Origin: Promethearchaeum syntrophicum
Lineage (GTDB): Archaea; Asgardarchaeota; Lokiarchaeia; Sigyniarchaeales; Promethearchaeaceae
NCBI RefSeq assembly: GCF_008000775.2
Contig: NZ_CP042905.2
Coordinates: 4,290,001 to 4,322,000 of the forward strand
DNA length: 32,000 nt
Reading direction: 5' to 3'
Below the pieces are notes generated by a model that saw only the letters and a list, made by a program, of their open reading frames with translations, was not told the DNA's origin and did not search any database. Both the position numbers and the translations under genes were made by a program. Below, piece by piece: positions 27,879-32,000 of this stretch; within the stretch, counting starts at the first letter, position 1; each line of letters starts with the position of its first letter.

Positions 27879-28385
27879 ATGGGAAAAAAGAATTTAAAAA
27901 ATGAAGATATTGAAAAAGAACTTGCACAAGTTGATGAAATTTCGAATATTGAAGATATTCCAGATGACATTTTACTCAATGAAGATTTGGATGACCCCTT
28001 ACTTGATGAAATGGATGCGATTTTACATGGAAAAGAATACAAACCAAAGCCTAAACCTGAACTTAAGGAAAAATTATATAAAAACTCCAAAAATCAGGAA
28101 GGGTCTAAATCAAATTCAACCAATATTTCTAATAATATCGAAATCCCCCAACAAATTGTAAAGGAATTCACCATTTTCCTATTAAAAAAATCAAAAAGCT
28201 TTGAAGAAATGTCATTTCAAACAATTCTTAGGAAAATTCCCAAGGAATGGCAATTTACAGAGTTAATTTTAATTGATACAATAGAGAGTATAATTGAAAA
28301 AAAAGGAATTACATCTTTTAATATGAAAATGACCGCTAATTCTCTTAAATTTTATCCAATTAAGAAGAAAAAAAACAATAAGTGA
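27879..28385 (+). CDS. Protein with an acidic N-terminus, unknown function
   Basis: 168-aa ORF; Asp/Glu-rich first ~50 aa (EDIPDDILLNEDLDDPLLDEMDA), then a basic C-terminal domain; overlaps the next ORF by 4 nt. Confidence 0.55.
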   Translation: MGKKNLKNEDIEKELAQVDEISNIEDIPDDILLNEDLDDPLLDEMDAILHGKEYKPKPKPELKEKLYKNSKNQEGSKSNSTNISNNIEIPQQIVKEFTIFLLKKSKSFEEMSFQTILRKIPKEWQFTELILIDTIESIIEKKGITSFNMKMTANSLKFYPIKKKKNNK

Positions 28386-29203
28386 TTAGAAAAATGAATC
28401 CAGTCCCAACTTTCTATTTCATTTTAGATAAAAATCATAATTTTCTCGTGGAAAGTGTTGAAGGAAGAAAAGATCAAGAAAAATATTTTCCAAAAATTTC
28501 AGCTAAATTTAAAAAGAAACTCCAGGAGTCATTTCCGGAACAATTTCTTCTAAATCAGAATTTTCATCTAAAAATATTAAATAATACTGTTATTTTTGAA
28601 GTAATATTACTCAAACAAGAAATTAAACCAGAATTCCCCAATTTAAGATGGGTTTCAATATCAAAGATTACAGATAATGTAAATGTGGTTATTAATTCAA
28701 CTGAAAAAATAAGTATAGCCCCCGGTAAAATTCAAGAGATTTATTATTCAGAAGTTTTACAAGGGTATTCGCTGAAGGGAAAAGATTTTGAGGTATGGCA
28801 TTTTTGTAATAATGAATCTGATGCAAATAATCTTGCTGAATTGGTGAGAAAAGGGATAAAATGTGCGACAGCCAGTCTTTATGATGTTTATCAAGCAGAA
28901 AATGAACCGATCCCATCAATAGGTTCTCATTCAGTGATAATTAATTATGATGGTTTACCTCAATCCATAATTCGAACAACTAAGGTAGATATAGTTCCTT
29001 TTGAAGAAGTTTCCGCTGACTTTGCCAGAATTGAAGGTGAAGGTGATAAATCTTTGAACTATTGGCGTCGCGTGCATAATGAGTTTTTTTCAGAAGAATC
29101 CAAAGTATATAATGTGGCTTTCACGCCTAGAAGTTTAGTGATATGTGAACAATTTGAAGTGGTAAAAATTATTATTGAAAACAAAGAAAAAACTCATATA
29201 TAG
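28382..29203 (+). CDS. ASCH-domain-like protein with an uncharacterised N-terminal domain
   Basis: C-terminal half FEVWHFCNNESDANNLAELVRKGIKCATASLYDVY...IPSIGSHSVIINYDGLPQSIIRTTKVDIVPFEEVSADFARIEGEGDKSLNYWRRVHNEFF resembles ASCH. GTG start, or ATG at 28394. Confidence 0.75.
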   Translation: MIRKMNPVPTFYFILDKNHNFLVESVEGRKDQEKYFPKISAKFKKKLQESFPEQFLLNQNFHLKILNNTVIFEVILLKQEIKPEFPNLRWVSISKITDNVNVVINSTEKISIAPGKIQEIYYSEVLQGYSLKGKDFEVWHFCNNESDANNLAELVRKGIKCATASLYDVYQAENEPIPSIGSHSVIINYDGLPQSIIRTTKVDIVPFEEVSADFARIEGEGDKSLNYWRRVHNEFFSEESKVYNVAFTPRSLVICEQFEVVKIIIENKEKTHI

Positions 29204-29224
29204 TAAAAATCATATTATGTAAAT

Positions 29225-29734
29225 ATGGCTATGCTATACGATGATGAGCACTTCTGTAAACATTGCAATAAAAAAGTTGCTCATGTCCATTTTTGCACCC
29301 CAGCAGAGGAATCTAAGAAATTTAAATGCGAATATTGTGAAACTGAAAACATTAACCACCGTCATATGTGTTCTGAGAAATTGAAACACATTAAATTCTA
29401 CTGTAAAAATTGTGGAGCAGTTGCTGTGGATGAAACTCATGTATGTAATCCAATACCAATAGAAGAAGAATTGAAAGAACATTGGGATAAAATTAGTGAA
29501 AAATCAGAGTCTGAAGTTTTAACTTCTTGTGGTATATGTGGACAACCCGTAAGTCCTCCCGGTCATTATTGTGATCAGAAATTTCCTTACGTTTGTAAGT
29601 ATTGCGGGCAGGAAATCACTGCTGGTTATCACCAATGTAAAAAAAAATCAGGAAAATATAAATTTATTTGTAAAACGTGTGGTCGATTAGGCGTTAAATC
29701 AACAGATGTTTGCGCACCGGCTCCGATTGATTAA
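29225..29734 (+). CDS. Protein made of about six tandem CxxC...HxC zinc-binding modules
   Basis: CKHCNKKVAHVHFC, CEYCETENINHRHMC, CKNCGAVAVDETHVC, CGICGQPVSPPGHYC, CKYCGQEITAGYHQC, CKTCGRLGVKSTDVC. Confidence 0.8.
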   Translation: MAMLYDDEHFCKHCNKKVAHVHFCTPAEESKKFKCEYCETENINHRHMCSEKLKHIKFYCKNCGAVAVDETHVCNPIPIEEELKEHWDKISEKSESEVLTSCGICGQPVSPPGHYCDQKFPYVCKYCGQEITAGYHQCKKKSGKYKFICKTCGRLGVKSTDVCAPAPID

Positions 29735-30025
29735 AATTAGACTTATTTACATAATTTTTTCTTATTTTTGGCTAAAATTCCATATATTTATGAAAAACTT
29801 CTCGCATCAGTTACCCTAGGATTAACCTAGTATTATCATCATCGGTTCATTATAAACCTAAGACTTCCTCTGATTTCATCATCTGCAATTAAATAAAAAA
29901 TCAAACAAATGAAAAATTTTGGTATTTTGAATTTGATAAAGTGAAAGAGATGAAAAAGGTTTTAAAATGGTAAAAATCAAATGTAGATCAAATTGAAATT
30001 TGAATAAATTAAATGGTTAAAAAAA

Positions 30026-30982
30026 ATGGTCGTTATAGCAGATGGACGGTTTGAACTACCAGAAAGATACTTGTATTCTTCACAACATGTTTTTTTGGAT
30101 ACAAAAAAAAAGATCGCGGGTCTGGATCAAATAGGATATGCATATTTATCTAACCCCACTGAATTCAAAGTCTTAGTTGAAGAGAAGGTACAAATGAATG
30201 AACCTATTGCAGTTATTACAACCGATCGTGGAATTACGACACTTTATTCTCCATGTGCGGGAAAAATTAAAACTATAAACCAAGATCCTTTAAAAAATAT
30301 GGAATTGGATACTTATACGAAAGGTTTTATCTTGGAATTTGAATCAATTTCTGAAATTGACCCAACACTAATCACTGGAGATAAAATTGAACCTTGGGCT
30401 AATCATGAAGTAAAAACATTACTCAAAAATGAATATTCATTTAAAGTTATCGAAATTGGGGATTCAGCAGCAGGTAAAACCGCAATAAAAGTTAGATTCA
30501 CCGATGATTATTTTAAGCAGGATCTAAAAACAACTTTAGGTGTCGATTTCGGATCCAAAGAATTAAAATGTGAATATATAGCAGACGACACATTATTTGC
30601 AGGGGTGTATCATTTTAATGCAAAATTGAATGTATGGGATGCTGCAGGACAAGCTCACTTCGAAAAAATTCGCGGAATGTATTATAGGGATGCTAAAGGA
30701 GCCCTACTTTGTTTTGATGTTAACAATCCAGTTTCATTTAAGAATTTGGATACTTGGGTTGATGAATTAGATGAAAATGTTGGACGGAAGGTGCCAGTAT
30801 TATTAGTGGGCAATAAAATTGACTTAGAACGCCGTGTGAAGGCTAAAGATGCAGAAGATTATGCAGAAAAGCGAGGTTTCATTGGTTATGTGGAATGTTC
30901 TGCCAAAACAGGCATCGGTATTCAAGAAGCATTTATGAAATTAGCTCTTGCGATTTATAAATATGAAGAAGGTTTAAGTTAA
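30026..30982 (+). CDS. GcvH/lipoyl-like domain fused to a Rab/Ras-like small GTPase
   Basis: N-terminus resembles GcvH (GYAYLSNPTEFKVLVEEKVQMNEPIAVITTDRGITTLYSPCAGKIKTIN...). C-terminal GTPase: G1 GDSAAGKTA, G2 TTLGVDF, G3 WDAAGQ, G4 GNKIDL, G5 ECSAKTG. Confidence 0.87.
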   Translation: MVVIADGRFELPERYLYSSQHVFLDTKKKIAGLDQIGYAYLSNPTEFKVLVEEKVQMNEPIAVITTDRGITTLYSPCAGKIKTINQDPLKNMELDTYTKGFILEFESISEIDPTLITGDKIEPWANHEVKTLLKNEYSFKVIEIGDSAAGKTAIKVRFTDDYFKQDLKTTLGVDFGSKELKCEYIADDTLFAGVYHFNAKLNVWDAAGQAHFEKIRGMYYRDAKGALLCFDVNNPVSFKNLDTWVDELDENVGRKVPVLLVGNKIDLERRVKAKDAEDYAEKRGFIGYVECSAKTGIGIQEAFMKLALAIYKYEEGLS

Positions 30983-30987
30983 ATTCA

Positions 30988-31956
30988 TTAAGCTTTTTTT
31001 TTATGGGAACGAATAAGCCCTTTAATTAGAGAAATTCTTAGTAAAGCAGTAGATAAGATAAAAGACTGAAATATGGGTGCTAGTGGTGTAAAATTGGATT
31101 CAAAATTAACCACAGAAATCCTAGGTTCATCTTGAAAATTCTTTATTAAATGAGTATTATTACTAATTAATGCCATGCTTCCAGCGCGATTTAGGATTAG
31201 ATCTACTAGACGGGGAAGCGTATCTTTTTCAGTTTCTCCTGGTTCAAAAGCTCCAATCATAATGCATTTTATTTTTGTATTAATTGCTTTTCTTTCAAAA
31301 ATTTGAAAGGGTCCATGAAAAAAGAGACCTAAAGATATCCCTTCACACATTGAACCGATAAAACTGTTTGCGTTAAGTGCTAATAATTTGCAGGAAGATT
31401 CGCTTACAGGATCTCGAGAAATTAAATATACAATTTTAAAATCTTGACCTAAGAAATCAACTAAAATCTTTGTTTGTGTAGGTTCAACTTTTCTATATTC
31501 TTTTAATTCCGATATAAATTTCATAATTTTACTATGGATGTCTTCGGAAATTGGATCTTTTCCAAGTAATATCTGTGAAATGAAATAAAGGACTACAATT
31601 GTATGCGGAAAAGATTTTGATGACAAAACTATTTCAGAATCAAGATATATAGGAAGATTTATTCCACAATAGGAAGAAATGGGTGATTTTTTATTATTTG
31701 TTACTAACCATATAAGGTTTGGATCTATGTTTAGTATGTGTAATTGCTCAATTGCATTTTTTAATAAACGAGATTTACCAGATGTGGAAATAAAGATATA
31801 CAGGGTGCTTGTATCATATTCCTTAGGAAGAAAATAATCATAAAATTCGGTCATTTCAATATTCTGCCACGTAAAAGAGACACTTTCCTTGTCATTCATT
31901 AAAAGATATTTTGGAATTTCAGAGGCGAAAAAATTGAATGTATTTCCAATAAACAC
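30988..31956 (-). CDS. Divergent SIS-domain (sugar isomerase-like) protein
   Basis: IFISTSGKSRLLKNAIEQLHILNI resembles the SIS SxSGxT loop; LLALNANSFIGSMCEGISLGLFFHGPFQIFE resembles the region near the HGP motif of GlmS-like SIS proteins. Confidence 0.55.
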   Translation of the reverse strand: MFIGNTFNFFASEIPKYLLMNDKESVSFTWQNIEMTEFYDYFLPKEYDTSTLYIFISTSGKSRLLKNAIEQLHILNIDPNLIWLVTNNKKSPISSYCGINLPIYLDSEIVLSSKSFPHTIVVLYFISQILLGKDPISEDIHSKIMKFISELKEYRKVEPTQTKILVDFLGQDFKIVYLISRDPVSESSCKLLALNANSFIGSMCEGISLGLFFHGPFQIFERKAINTKIKCIMIGAFEPGETEKDTLPRLVDLILNRAGSMALISNNTHLIKNFQDEPRISVVNFESNFTPLAPIFQSFILSTALLRISLIKGLIRSHKKKA

Positions 31957-32000
31957 AACATGAGAGAACTGTAATGTTGATAGAATTTCTTGAATATGGT

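Noticed and set aside
27847-27927. N-terminal extension of the APC permease ORF
   Set aside because: Overlaps the divergent 27879 gene; MFLDMAIDEE at 27846 or MAIDEE at 27834 fits better.
27872-29482. ORFs 27872..28090(-), 27901..28161(+), 28692..28919(-), 29234..29482(-)
   Set aside because: Alternate-frame or antisense reads of the acidic, ASCH and zinc-repeat genes; no independent evidence.
29816-29830. Inverted repeat CTAGG-attaa-CCTAG upstream of the GcvH-GTPase gene
   Set aside because: Only 5-bp arms and no run of T or TATA context; too weak to report as a feature.
1-32000. CRISPR array, transposon or prophage
   Set aside because: No regularly spaced repeats, transposase, integrase or phage structural motifs were seen; the only direct repeat pair is the 69-nt block at the left edge.

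Overview
AT-rich archaeal window, most likely from an Asgard/Lokiarchaeota-like lineage. That placement is inferred from a TFB gene, a proteasome-family subunit, an M18 peptidase, RtcB and a Ras/Rab-like small GTPase; no rRNA marker is present. The window is densely coded and mostly chromosomal housekeeping or uncharacterised genes. I saw no CRISPR array, transposase or prophage. The most interesting locus is a five-gene, same-strand cluster at 7424..13933: a Walker-A-less AAA+-like protein, an SMC ATPase with some Smc5/6-like residues, a putative kleisin, an ScpB/KITE-like protein and a SepF-like protein. Other notable items: (i) a GcvH/lipoyl-like domain, with its lipoyl lysine replaced by Arg, fused to a Rab-like GTPase (30026..30982); (ii) a proteasome beta-like subunit with Ala at the catalytic Thr1 position (699..1322); (iii) a tRNA-Leu(GAG) with a ~30 nt D-loop insertion and C33 (25754..25869); (iv) a six-fold CxxC-x8-HxC zinc-motif protein (29225..29734); (v) tandem small membrane-protein paralogues, each preceded by the same hairpin-plus-promoter block; (vi) a perfect 18-bp palindrome beside a TATA-like box upstream of a cold-shock-domain gene. 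All family calls come from reading motifs by eye, with no database search.
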